Assembly (NCBI RefSeq): GCF_009914755.1
Contig: NC_060937.1
Strand: one strand, 5' to 3'
Length of the DNA stretch: 64,000 nucleotides
Source: the human T2T-CHM13v2.0 reference genome, Homo sapiens
The notes beneath the pieces are model-generated. The model was not told where the DNA came from and made no database searches. It worked only from the letters and a program-made list of their open reading frames with translations. Every line of letters begins with the position of its first letter. The first letter of the stretch is position 1. The translations under genes and the position numbers were made by a program. Positions 15,748-29,492 of the stretch are shown piece after piece.

Positions 15748-18700
15748 AGAACTATGTCCTAACCTGAAAAATGTTTCAATTTATCTGCTTTACCTGTTTT
15801 TCTTGAAAAAGGGCTTGTTCTTTCCTATGTGTTTGTTTTTTCTATCTAGTATCCTTTCTTACTCTTTGCCTGTTCGAATCCCTCCTATAGCCTATTGCTC
15901 AGTTGCAGATTCAAGCCCTACCTTCTCTATCCACTCTAATCCAAAGTGACTCATCCCTGCTCTGAACCTCTACCCATTGATCAATACGTGTTTACTGAGT
16001 GCCCATTATTTGCCAGTCACTGGGCTAGGTCTTGAGAATATGGCTGCCCTTATCCATCACCTCTTCTTTTCTAGTATATGTTTACAGACTTATGATCCAA
16101 ATAATTCCTGTTGCAAATCAGTAATTCAGCCGAGAGTGACTTACATTACCTTCTAGTGGTTTTGTCAAAAGCTGGAGACAGGTGATATCACTCCAGCTCT
16201 TGCTCTGCCACCATCACTGACTTGCGCAAATCAGGAAACCTCCATCAGCTATCTTGAAATGAGTCCTGTTTCTGTAGATCCTAGCTTCAGTCAGAGCAAA
16301 GGCAGTGTCTCGCGTTAGGTGCCATTTCTTTTGGCACCATGGAGATGTCTGCTTAAGCTGTTCCCTAAGAGCACAGCACTATCAACAGAGCCCAGCTTCT
16401 GAGTTAACCCAGCACTTCCACTTGGATGTTAATCTCTTTGTGTCTCGGTTTATCATATCAGTTGTTTCAAGATGAGTTAAGACGATGAATCCAAAGAGAA
16501 TAAGTCCTCAATAAAGTTTAGCTTTTTTTATTAGCCCAAATGTATTTTTACTTCTAAATAAGTATAAATCGAGTGCATACGTAATATAAATGGAAAAAAT
16601 GTTTAAAAAAGCAAACACACAGTATGTACCTCCTAAGTTTTATACCAACATGCTTCTTTTCTAAGTTGATTTGAAGAAAATGTAGCAAACGCGTGCCTAT
16701 TCTTGCTTTGGGAATAAGGATTCTATCAGTATCATTACTTTGATGAAAGAAAGACACACTTTGAATTAGCATCAGAGAATGGGTGGAAAGCTGGTAGAAG
16801 CTGCTAACACAAAGGTGGGACACGGTTTATACCACTGACTTCCATTAGGCTTCCACAGAATGATGCTGCGAAAAGTCATTTGTAAGCATATTCACCTGAT
16901 ATAATAAATGTGCTAAGGACCACTGTCTTAACTCAGGGCCTCTTGAGATCTGTCACCAACTTCTAGTTTCGTGACAACCAGAGATTTTTATTCCTCTGAG
17001 AAAACTGCTCTCTGTTGAAATATCTCCACTGCAAAAGATACTGTATGTGTAATATATGCAATTCATAAGCCAGGTAATCTGTTTATAGTACATGACACTT
17101 AATATTCTGTTGACTAATTTTCAGTTTTTACTTAGTGCTTTGGTTATTATACGGAAATCTAACTCCAATGTTGAATTTTTTTTAACTCCAATGAAAAACA
17201 GTCCATTTATTGCATGAGACTCTATGTGATGGTGCTTAGCATTATGCCATACCCACAATACCTCAAAAAACATGGGTGATTATAATTGCCAGATGTGCTG
17301 GGAAAAGTCCTTGAACGAGGGTCAGGATACCTGGGTTCTGAGCCCATATTGGCCTATAACTGTTGCATGAACTTGGATGAGTGACTTAAATTCTCTTGCT
17401 TATCAGTTACTGCATTGGTTCTAATATGCTTTATCACAGTAATTATATGATAAAGATAAAATAAATATGAAAATACTCTTTTTGGTGTGATGTACCAACA
17501 GGAATAGTTCTGTATACATTACTACATTTCATCTTCAATATACATGATAACACTGAATCCTTTCAACTCTGAAAGAGACAAACTCTATTTGACAATAATT
17601 TATTGGTATTAGTATCCCCATTTTACAGATGAAAAATCCAGCCAGGTTAAACAGAAAATCAGTAGGAATTTGAACGGAGGTCACTTAGAACCCAAATGCA
17701 GGCTGTTAACTACCAAGCTGTAGGAAAATGAGTCTATCATGCACCCTCACATTTGCATATTATAAATTTCAGCTGATAAAATCATTATGATCAATAGTTA
17801 CCACATATATTGTATATTAATAGTATATAATAAAAACGGTGTCTAATAAACCCCCCTTTTTAAAAGAAGGAAGTTCGAATTATTCCTTTGGCTCAAGGAA
17901 GACATATTCCTTTTTCTGACTCTCTTTATGTGAAATCTGAATTCATATCTTTTCCATTAACTTGTCATTACGCACAGTCGTCCCAAGAGACTAAGCTGCT
18001 TACGAGGAAACAAAACGCTACAGACAAATATGGACTTCCTCTCCTCTGAGCTTCCGGCCTGTGTTGCTCTGCAAGGGCAGAGATTCAAACAAAGGCAATA
18101 AAAGCATCTGCTGTTTACACATTTCCAAAGCAGGACCGTGGAATCCATTCCCCCTCACTGGAATAAGATCTCCATGGTGACGCTGACTTCAGGGAGCTGG
18201 GCCAGTTTCTCAGCAGGGCCTAGGCAAGGATATTTTCTTTACAAGAGCGCCCTCTTCAAACGAAACAGGGGATATCTCTGCAGCCCTGGATGCATTTGAA
18301 GCCACAGAAGTCATTGTGTCTTTATCAGGTGTTTTCCATTGTATCAGAGACACCAAAATATTTTGCTGTCATCCATTTAAATAATATATTTTAAGCAAGA
18401 GAATAAACCATCACAGAAGTAAAAACGAATAAATTCATTCCATCTATTGCAATTATCGAGTATGGCACATTATTTCTGTTTTAACTTTCTTTTTCTTTAA
18501 AATACTTCATTTGTAATTTCTTAAACTTCTTAATACCAGTTAAAGATGGCAGGCTTAAACGTTCTGTAGCTAACAGTTTAATGAGATGCTCTTTACCAAA
18601 AAGGAATGCTTACACTGCTTTTTTTTTTAAAAAAAATCTAGTTACCTATGTATCTAAGGTGCCAAGTCAACAACCTTCCTCTTTCTGCACAATTCGTAAT

Positions 18701-19649
18701 GTGACCATTATAATTAGCTTTCAGTTAAAACTTGGCACATATGGGGCTCCTCGTCCTGCCAAAACTAAATTGAGAGGAGGTTCCTCTTCCAATTTCATTC
18801 CATACTTGGCTTCTTCTCTCCATTCTTAGCAATGAACATTTTTATGCCACATGATATTATAAGTCAACCACTGTGAATTTTTCTGTCCTATAATCATGTA
18901 ATTCCATATGTTTCTGGTTCTAAAATATGTTTACAATCAGTTTTATAGCCAAATATTAGAAGCGTGTTACGTTATTGTCATAAAACACATTCTCCATCCC
19001 TTCTTTACATTTTTGTTTTCATTCTTTGATGATAAATTTATGAAAGTGATAATTTATTTTACTCTAGTTCTTATGGCTAGAAGCTTCTAATAAAAAATTC
19101 TTTAAAGAATCTCTGGATCTTGGCCAGAGGAAAATATGTGAATAAAAAATAAATTAGTTAAATAATAATAATTAACAGAAAGAAGAAAATAAAGATCCTC
19201 AAAGTACTCTTTACAAGTTTAAAACATGAAGCTCTAAGACTTTTTTTTAAAAAAAATGGATAATACTGTTGAAATTCAGAATAGGCTAGGAGATAACACT
19301 CAAACTAACAGGCTGATGCTTAAAGAAATAGAAAAAGGAAAAGTTCTCCTTTGAAATGGTAGCAATTTGATTCGCTGGGTCAATCAGAAAAAGTCAATTA
19401 TGGAATTGAAAGTGTATTCCTTCCTTGGATGTGTTCTCAGCTGCTGTAGTTGACATGGACATCAGCTATTGCAGCCTTCTGTTGAACATACCCTCTGACC
19501 CAGGAATGCACCCTTTATGCATGGATCACCATCTTTCATGGACTCAGACACACCTAAGCAGACTGCAACCTATTCTAAATGATTCATCCTTTATTATCTA
19601 TCCTGTTTTTTTTTTAATGCTAACATTTCATTCTCTTTTTAAAAATGTG

Positions 19650-19997
19650 TCTCTTAGTCCATTCAGGCTGCTATAACAAAAATATCCTAGACTGGGTGGC
19701 TTGTAAACAGCAGGCATTTGTGTCTCACAGCCCGGAGGCTGGAAGTTCAAGATCGAGGCACCAGATGATCTGGTGTCTGGTGAGGGCCTGCTTTCTCACT
19801 TTAGCCTCACGAGGTAGAAGGGACAAGGGACCTCTCTGGGGCCTCTAATAATAGCCCTGATTCTATTCATGAGGATGATGCCCTTGTAACCTAATGGCCT
19901 AATCACCTCCCAAAGGCCCGCCTCCTAATACTATCGCCTTGGAGGTTAGGATGTCAACATAGGAATTTGGGGGGATACAAACGTTCAGACTAGAGCA
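19650..19997 (-). mobile_element. MaLR solo LTR (MST/MLT1A-type)
   Basis: 'tcttagtccattcaggctgctataacaaa...ggctggaagttcaagatc...caacataggaatttgggggg'. Confidence 0.82.
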
Positions 19998-20039
19998 AAG
20001 TGTAAAATGACACCCTAGTAACAAATATTGACCAGGTGC

Positions 20040-20230
20040 CTTGGCTTGGCCACCTAATAGATGTGTGACTTTGGACAACTATTTAACATCTTCAAGCCTC
20101 AGTTTCCTCATATGTAAAATGGACCTACCAATGCTTACCCTGTAGGGTTTCATGCAGGTTCGATGAGATAATGTATGTAGAGTAATCAGTTCCATGCCTG
20201 GCTTACAGAGAACACCAGGGATGAGCAGCT
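20040..20230 (+). mobile_element. MIR SINE
   Basis: Core 'tgtgtgactttggacaactatttaacatcttcaagcctcagtttcctcatatgtaaaatgg'. Confidence 0.8.
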
Positions 20231-22312
20231 ACTGCTGTCAGTGCTGATACTAGTAAGGCATAGTAGGTAGGTCTCTGAGTGACCATCTGTCTGAGTGATT
20301 TGGGGCTATTATTTAAGAATAGAATACTAAACTTAAATATCTGGGAAAGAGAGGTATGAAGAATAGAGTTTACTTAGAAGGTTTCCAATCCTGGTCTTTT
20401 GCCAAGTTAATACCACATCAGTCCTATTCCTCTGGTTTCTCTCATTAAGACATCCTTTACTGTTGTCTACCTCCTTTTTAGAATAGCTCACCTACTTGCC
20501 CCTCTTTCACTTAAGGAATTAAAGGATAGTCCAAGAAAATAAAAACTGTGACACAGTAGTTTCTCTGGAGAGGATACAAATAAACTCTGGTCTGAACCCA
20601 GAAGCTAACCTAAATCAATTACCTTAAGATGAGTGTTCAAGATTAAGGGTGACCAAGCCCAGGAAATTGGCTTATCTGAGCCATCTGATTGAACTCATTA
20701 TTTTCAGGGATAGGAAAAGATCAAACTTATATTCTATTGCTGAGAGGCAAACTTATATTCTATTGCACAAAAGATTCATGCAAGTAGGTAGTTAACATTG
20801 TGGCATGGTTTCTAATTAGGCAGAAACATCTTACTGTGATAATTGGAAAAAGAAGAAATAAAACTATGAAGAGAAACATGAAGCCACATAATACAGAATA
20901 TTTTGGAGATCCTTAAGGGGTAAAATGTGGCACTGAACATATGGCTGGTTCTCTGCTTAATGCCTGGGGAGTGATATTGGACATAACGCTATCTTCAAGT
21001 CATTCTGAGAAACACTTCAAGTTCTCATCACCAATGCCAAGAGGTGTTCATAGCAGGAGTCATAAACACAGGACCAACCAGGGATAGGTAGGGAATATGG
21101 ATGAGCGAAGGCTGGGGAAAAACAAAACAAAACAAAAAAAACATCATCAGTGGCAAACTGGATCATAAATGCCCTGTCCAAAGCAAGCAGCATCAGGCAC
21201 TCTGCTCCCACATTACTTTCTCTAAAAAATTTTAATAGGAAGAATTGTTGTAAATTTAACATTTCCAATTAAAAAATAAAATCTGTGGTACTACGTAAAC
21301 CCATACAAAATGCTCCTCTGGCCTGGATTCAGTCCATTCAAAAGCATTCATATAAAACTTTGCAAATAACTATACCTTCAAAAAAGATTTTCAAATGTTT
21401 ATTCTTGTATCAGTTTATTGTATGTTCTTTGTTAGGGTGGTCACTATTTGAAAAGTCAAGATGAAGAACAAAGAAATGATGCTCTGAGATTCTCCTACTA
21501 AGTGTTTATAAGCCTACAAAACACCATTAATAGAATAGGTTTGGGGCAAAATAAACTTGGAGCAAAGGGAAAGAGTCACTAATCAGCTAGTGTAAGGTGC
21601 TTTACAGGAATCTTGGCATGCAGATAAAGTTACAAAAGTCAGGCTTCAAACCCAGAGAACCAAACCCAACCCATAAAATCTGTGTCAGGCAACATCCTCA
21701 GATAGAGTCAGGATTTAAAAATGTGTTTAAAGCAACTCATTGTTCTCTTATAATTTTGTTGACTCTTACTCAACATGCACACAAATGCATTCTGGTGCTA
21801 TGACTTTCCCTCTTGATGTTTTTTAGAAGGAGCCTGGGATGAGTGCTGAGACCTATGATGTGTGAGGCCCTAAGAGAGACTTGACACATGACGTTACATC
21901 AATTTCTCACAAGGACTCTTTGGTAAAATCAGATTATTAAAAAGTTTTGCAAGAAAATTATAAGTATCAAAAGTATTGGCATATATTTGAGAGCTAAAAA
22001 CATAAAGATAAATCACTTTGCCTGGTATGTTCTTGTGCACTGGCTTGCTGCCTGAGATTGTGTAAAATAATATTCCCAAAGCCATGGAAGTATGCTTTTG
22101 CCAGGAACATTTGTAAAGGTCACTTAACGTTAAAGTATTGAGTCTGTTGCTTTAAATATTTTTATTTCTTGTTTGAATCTACTTCTCTGCATATATAACT
22201 TGAGATTAAAAGGCATTTTTTATACAGTGCAAATTAGTCTTCTTAAGTAAATGATGTTTTTCAAACAACAACAATCCCACAAAGCTGACATTTCCAAAAT
22301 GATTATTAGCGT

Positions 22313-24140
22313 CACCACCACCACTGCTATAACCATCACCACTACCACTACTACCACTACTACAACCATTACCACCATCACTGCTATAACCACCACCACC
22401 ACCACCATTATCACCATCACCATCACACACCACAACTACCACCACCACCACCATCACCACTATAACCACTAGCACCACCACTACTATAACCATCACCACC
22501 GCTATAACCACCATCACCACCACCACTACCACTACTGTAACCATCACCACCATCACTGCTATAACCACCACCACCACCACTATAACCATCACCACCATCA
22601 CCACTATAACCACCACTACCACCACCACCATTATAACCATCACCACCACCACTATAACCACCATCACCATCACACACCACAACTACCACCACCACCACCA
22701 TCACCACTATAACCACTAGCACCACCACTACTATAACCATCACCACCGCTATAACCACCATCACCACCACCACTACCACTACTATAACCATCACCACCAT
22801 CACTGCTATAACCACCACCACCACCACCATCACTATAACCATCACCACCATCACCACTATAACCACCACTACCACCACCACCATTATAACCATCACCACC
22901 ACCACTATAACCACCATCATCATCACCACCACTACCACTACTGTAACCATCACCACCACCACTGCTATAACCATCACCACCACCACTATAACCACTAGCA
23001 CCACCACCACTACTATAACCATCACCACCGCTATAACCACCATCACCACCACCACTACCACTACTATAACCATCACCACCATCACTGCTATAACCACCAC
23101 CACCACCACCATCACTATAACCATCACCACCATCACCACTATAACCACCACTACCACCACCACCATTATAACCACCACCACCACCACTATAACCACCATC
23201 ATCATCACCACCACTACCACTACTGTAACCATCACCACCACCACTGCTATAACCATCACCACCACCACTATAACCACTAGCACCACCACCACTACTATAA
23301 CCATCACCACCACTATAACCACCATCACCACCACCACTACCACTACTATAACCATCACCACCATCACTGCTATAACCACCACCACCACCACCATCACTAT
23401 AACCATCACCACCATCACCACTATAACCACCACTACCACCACCACCATTATAACCATCACCACCACCACTATAACCACTAGCACCACCACCACTACTATA
23501 ACCATCACCACCGCTATAACCACCATCACCACCACCACTACCACTACTATAACCATCACCACCATCACTGCTATAACCACCACCACCACCACCATCACTA
23601 TAACCATCACCACCATCACCACTATAACCACCACTACCACCACCACCATTATAACCATCACCACCACCACTATAACCACCATCATCATCACCACCACTAC
23701 CACTACTATAACCATCACCACCATCACTGCTATAATCACCACCACCACCACCATCACTATAACCATCACCACCATCACCACTATAACCACCACTACCACC
23801 ACCACCATTATAACCATCACCACCACTACCACTATAACCACTATAATAAACACCACTACCACCACCACCATTATAACAATCACCACCACTACTATGACTA
23901 TCACTGCCGTCACCACTATAACCACCACTACCACCAGCACCACTACTATAACCATCACCACCACCATCATCACTATAACAACACCATCACCACTATAACC
24001 ACTATCACCACCACTATAACCATCACCACCACTACCACCACCATCACCACTACTGTACCACCAACAGCAGTATAACTACCAATACCACCACCACCACCAT
24101 TACTACCATTATCACCATCATTTCCATCAACACCACTATC
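22313..24140. repeat. ~1.8 kb compound trinucleotide (ACC/ACT/ATC/ATA) VNTR with higher-order units
   Basis: Near-continuous 3-nt periodicity with recurring tataacc; the marker cactagcacc recurs at spacings of 247, 279, 282 and 201 bp. Confidence 0.97.
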
Positions 24141-24834
24141 TCCATAAGGGGAGCCCTTACAAAACTTTGGATTTTGTTCTAAATGAGCTGAGGACAGAGC
24201 CTTTTGTCTCTTGAGTGTTCTGTGAAGCATATTAGTCTGTGTTTTGCTCACAAAACACAGTGATATTCAGTACAAATGCAACCTAGAATTCTAAAATTAT
24301 TTTAGGAATAAATTTACTTTTTTCACCCATACTTAAATGCAGCTACTAAAGACATTTACATGGCTTCCAAAATATTGGAGAAAGATGCTTGTTCTTCCAA
24401 AAATATATTTGAGAGCAAGTGAGCTCTTAAAATTATAAATGGAAACATTCTCTGGAATTGTTTGAATAATAATACTGTTTTTGCATAATTGTATTAAGAT
24501 CTAAACACAGCTAATAAAAGGTTGAGAGAGATGGCAATAGTAAGATAAAAAAAAGTACAGTTCAAAATGAAAGCTTGGTTTCAAGACATTACGTTTTTAC
24601 AAATAAATTCTGATGTGGGTACACAACTACGAATACAAACTTGATTCTTAATGGCCTCTTAAAAATTATATATGGTGATGAAAACACCTTAGGTCAATAT
24701 TTCCTCTTTGTCTTCATTGTATACTATGTATATTAGAGCATCTACAATTAATTCTTTTCTATTTAAATCTAGAGTTGAGTGAGTAACATGGGGCTGGTTT
24801 CCATCTCCCCACAAAGCATGAACTAAGGCATAAA

Positions 24835-25210
24835 GCATCATGACTTCAAACACCTACAGAGACCTGGCAGGTAACATACACAGTGAAGTGGGCCAGGCAT
24901 AATAAAACACCATGCAAACAGGGCGATCACTGGCCATTAACACAGGCAGACAGTAGGAAATTGATGGGGACTGCACTGACCTGGAACACCCCCCCACCTA
25001 TAAATGGGGCAGCTCAACACTTGTCATGCAGGAAAGTAGGCCAGATTGATTAATTTTCTGTGAGAGAGTGAAATCAGATTTTCATTTGAAAGCCCCTGAT
25101 TTTTAAAAAGTTGGTGATAAAATCGTGTTTTATAAAAAACATTGTGTATTCCAAATGAGACATGTCCATGTCCTGGATTCAACCCGTGGGCAGGCAGTTT
25201 GTAGTCTCCA
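24835..25210 (+). mobile_element. hAT-Charlie MITE, MER102-like
   Basis: 'caaacacctacagagacctggcaggtaacata...gtgaagtgggccagg...cctgatttttaaaaagttgg...cagtttgtagtctc'. Confidence 0.65.
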
Positions 25211-25396
25211 GGGGAGAATTCCAGCAGCCATGGTTAACATGTGCAGAGCCAGTACTCTTGGCTGTTTCTATGATCTCAGGGGAGACTACCAGCTTCCGGA
25301 CACTTCAGCTCCTGTAATTTCCAAAGGCAGGGTAGGGCACAATCAAGACCCACCACTCCTAGAAATTAGAGCTCATGAAAAAACCAATACAGCAAG

Positions 25397-25398
<2 letters not shown>

Positions 25399-25428
<30 letters not shown>

Positions 25429-25452
25429 ACCTGTGTGTGCGTGTTTATGTGC
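25399..25452 (+). repeat. (TG)n microsatellite
   Basis: About 14 perfect GT units plus a degenerate extension. Confidence 0.9.
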
Positions 25453-25997
25453 ACATGTACATGAGTGCATCTACATGTGCTTACATTCCTGTCCTGGGAA
25501 AGGGTTGTGTTAGTCAACAGATTGTTTTCTGTGTCCTTCCTCTCTTCCCCAATGCTTGATCATCATGACTATCCCTTTCCTTTTCCTGGAGAGAGGAGGA
25601 GAGAAAAAAAGTGGAGAATCTATAACAGGAAATTTCAGAGCAAATGTTACCAGCTCAGCAGAGGTAAAACTAAACCCCTCCAATAAAGCCAAGAAGCTCC
25701 TTCTACTTCCCTTTCTCCCCCCTTAATCCATCCTCTGGCTGCAAGGGCAAATCATGGTTTCAAAAGCTACCAACTTCACCTTAAAAATGAATACTCTCTC
25801 TCTAAAAATAAAAATCCACCATGTGCAGTAATTTTCCTTCTGGCCACATCTTCTCTGCCCAAATGTTAAAAAACCACCAGGGCCATTAAAAACTATTAGA
25901 AATGTTAGCTTTAGTTGGAAGGAAGCAGAGTAAATAAAACTCAGCAATCTGGGGAAAAGGGGTTTAGGACATCAGAGTGAAAGGATAAAAATCAGAT

Positions 25998-26290
25998 TAT
26001 TTATTGTTTTATTTATTCATTTGTTTGTTTACTTTATTTTAAAGATGGGGTCTCTGTTGCCCAAGCTGGACTGCCTCAACCTCCTGGGTTCAAGTGATCC
26101 TCTGCCTCAGCCTCCCCAGGAGCTGGGACTACAGGCATTCATCACTACAGCTGGCTAATTTTTAAAATTTGTAGACATGGGGTCTCACTATGTTGCCCAG
26201 GCTGGTCTTGAACCCCTAGACTCAAGCCAGTCCTCCTGCCTCAGCCTCTCAAAGTGCTGGGATTACAGGCATAAGCCACCATGCCTGGCC
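25998..26290 (-). mobile_element. AluJ-type SINE
   Basis: J-type Alu with an internal deletion; aaaaatcaga on both flanks. Confidence 0.88.
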
Positions 26291-27679
26291 AAAAAAAAAT
26301 CAGAGCTTTCCACAAATAATTTCTAATGGTTGATTTTTATTTATTGGGTTTCTCACAAATCAGGAATGAGTTGACATGATTCTTTTTTTCTTCTACAAAC
26401 TTGTCTCATATTACTGATGGCCTTCTCTTACGATGTCATGATTGGCTCTGAATGTCCCTAGTGGTCCAGTCCATTTATGTACAGAACATCTACCTAGCAC
26501 AGGAAGATGCTTTTGTTGTTTGGATGAGAACGTGCTCATGTTTACATATTTTTCTATTCCAATTCACTTTAAACAATGCAGCAATATAGAACAGCATATA
26601 ATAGAGGTTTTGAGTATAGGCTCTGGAGTCAGAGAAACTTAAGTTTAAAACTCAATTCCATGAATGGGAGACTTGAGTCACCTACTCAACACATTCCTTC
26701 ACAGAGAGAAGGAGGATAATATTGCATCTACCTCCCAGGATGATTGAAAGAATTTGATGAGATAATGCATGGACATGTCAGGCCCAATGCAAGTGTTCAG
26801 AGAAAAGCAAATAATAGCAGTATAGCCCTTAAGTTAATGTTGGTGAAACATAAACTTCCAAGATTACTCTCAGAGTCAACTACCATGGAACAGAGAGCAA
26901 AATAAATCAGTGGTTTCCAGTTTGTCCTTTCCTTGTACTGGTTTTACATTGAAAATTATTCTGGTCTAACAGCTGTTAGATTCAGACAACCATAAGGCAT
27001 TCAAACTGCAATCAACATTGACCAAAGTGCATGAAAATTGTATTTTCTTTCCTTCTGTATATTATCCATTTTTCTTTTACATGTGAAGAATACAGTGCAA
27101 TAACTAAATTAAGATGAACTTTCCCCTTGCATCCCCTGAAATAATATTCTTTTCAAGTACCTGACAAGTAGATGATTGAAAATTCCCTCAAGGCTGAAAC
27201 ATTTGTCCACGCCAATCATAACTTCCTTGATGCTAAAGGAAATGAGATCTAAGCATGAACTACCACAATCAACAGCAATTTAAAGGTTTAAAACCACAAA
27301 AAAGGCATAGTTATTCAACGCAAATCTCAAAATTAAAGTTCTCTCCTTGTTTCTGATTTAGACAAATTTCAACGTGTTATCCACAAGTTTTAAGTCTGAC
27401 TTTAATATTAAGTGTAATCAGACATAAATAAGGTTAAAATCGTCATACATGATAGCCATAGTTATTGATGCATTTAAACAAAATCACCATAACAATGTAA
27501 TTTCTGAAGCAATCAAGCCATAAACTTCTTTTTGAAATTATTTGTAGTGTTATACTGCCCTTCAGTGTCCAAACACATGTACTGTTAACAAAAATTTTTC
27601 AGCTCAAGAAGTGTCTATATGAAACTCTACAGCGAACAAAATAGTTATCTTATTTTTTGCAATATCTCAGTGAAGGGTG

Positions 27680-28138
27680 TTGCTGTGGGTTGAACTGTGC
27701 CCCCCAAAACTTATAGGTCAAAGTTTCAATTCCCAGTACCTCAGGATATGACCTTGTTTGGAAATAGGGTCATTGCAGATGTAATTAGTTAAGATGAGGT
27801 CATCCTGGAGTTGAGCAGGCCCCTAAATCAATATGACTGGTGGCCTTATAAGAAAAGGACACTTGGACAAAGACACAGGAAGAATGGCACGTGAATATAA
27901 AGGCAGAGGTTGGAAGATGCTTCCGTAAGCCACGGAACACCAAAGATTGCCAGCAAACACCAGAAGCTAGGGGAGAGGCCTGGGAATGATTCTCCCTAAC
28001 AGCTTTCAGAAGAAACCAACCCTGCTGATACCTTTATCTTGGACCTCCAGTCCTCAGAAATGTGAAACAATACATTTTTGTGTTGAAGCCACTCAGATCA
28101 TGGTTATTTATTACAGAAGTTTTAACAAATTAATACAG
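27680..28138 (+). mobile_element. MLT1-type MaLR solo LTR
   Basis: 'tgctgtgggttgaactgtgccccccaaaa...gaccttgtttggaaataggg...taataca'. Confidence 0.85.
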
Positions 28139-29130
28139 GTGTGGTTTTTTCATGCACACAGAAATATACAGAAATAAAAATTTTCTTACAAAACAACTGT
28201 TAAAAGGCTTCATTTTTCCATTGAGCTTAGTTAAGTTTCAGAGGGTTTTAGAGGAAAACACTAAAGCATAGGAAATTCTGGTAACATACATATGTTCTGC
28301 CAACATGAAGAAGGGCAAACATATGGTCTTTATTCATTTTACATTTATGCCAGTTATTACTTATGCCACCATGACCAGTTCCTGATTGTATGAAAGAGTT
28401 GTTTGTACAGACCCTGGATTACCTGGACTCTCTTATGTTCTCTTTGTCTTTTCTGCTTTGTTCATTGTTAGTTGTTTACATTATATATTCAGAAGAGTGA
28501 ACTAAGAATAGGAAAGCTTTTATAGGACACCTCCTTGACTTCTAAGATAGAAACAAGGAATCACGACAATGCCCCAAGAACAAGTGAATCATGGGCAGGA
28601 CCTTGCACTGCAGCGAATCAGCAGAACTGGATTCTCCTCATCTTGACTCTGTAAATCACTCACAGTGTGAGCCTAGCATCTCTGAGTGCCGGTTTTGTCT
28701 TCTTTAAAATGATAAATTATACTAAATGAACAATGTCTCTTCTAGCTCTTTTGTTTCATGACTTACAAAGGAAACCTGCAAAGGGTGAACTGGGGAGGTG
28801 AATTTTCTTATGAGCCTACTACGCTTGAGACACTAAAAACCAAATGCATCAGGAGCTTGTACAGGTAGTATAGTGGGGAACAATGGAAATATTTTAATTC
28901 TACAATTTACTAGACACTCTTATTGACTGTTTTGGTAGGGTAGGAGACATAATAGGAAGCTTTGCTTGGCCATATTTTGTGAATGTGAAGACCGGGATTA
29001 TCAAGAATTGGCTTATGCTGAGAGGTTAAAGGGTATGAAATTTTTCTGGCATTGTTCTGGTCAATGATAACTCAGAACTTCAATGTTCTAGGTGTTTCCA
29101 GAACCACGAAGTAGTTAAATTATTATCACG

Positions 29131-29492
29131 GATAACATGGTTAGACTTTGTATCCCCACCCAAATCTCATCTTGAATGGTAATCTTCAGGTGTTTAGGAA
29201 AGACCTTGTGGGAAATGATTGGATTATGGGGGTGGTTTCCCCCATGCTGTTCTCGTGATAGTGAGTGAATTCTCATGAGATCTGATGGTTTTATAGATGG
29301 TAGTTTTTCCTGCATTCTCACACATTTCTCTCTAATCTGCAGCCATGTAAGACATGCCTCTTTCCCTTCTGCCACAATTGTAAGTTTCCTGAGGCCTCCC
29401 CAGCAATGCAGAACTCTGAGTCAACTAAACCTCTTTATAAATTACCCAATTTTGAGTATGTCTTTACAGCAGTGTGAAAACAGACTAATACA
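29131..29492 (+). mobile_element. THE1D/MSTA-type MaLR solo LTR
   Basis: 'ccccacccaaatctcatcttgaat...gagatctgatggttttat...gaaaacagactaataca'. Confidence 0.88.

Noticed and set aside
16318-16350. ggtgcca...tggcacc inverted repeat and REST-like gcaccatggaga
   Set aside because: The 7-bp stem is expected by chance; too many mismatches to the RE1 consensus.
22313-24140. Mucin-like Thr-rich or His-rich gene, or CRISPR-like array
   Set aside because: A low-complexity repeat with no signal peptide, splice structure or unique spacers; eukaryotic context.
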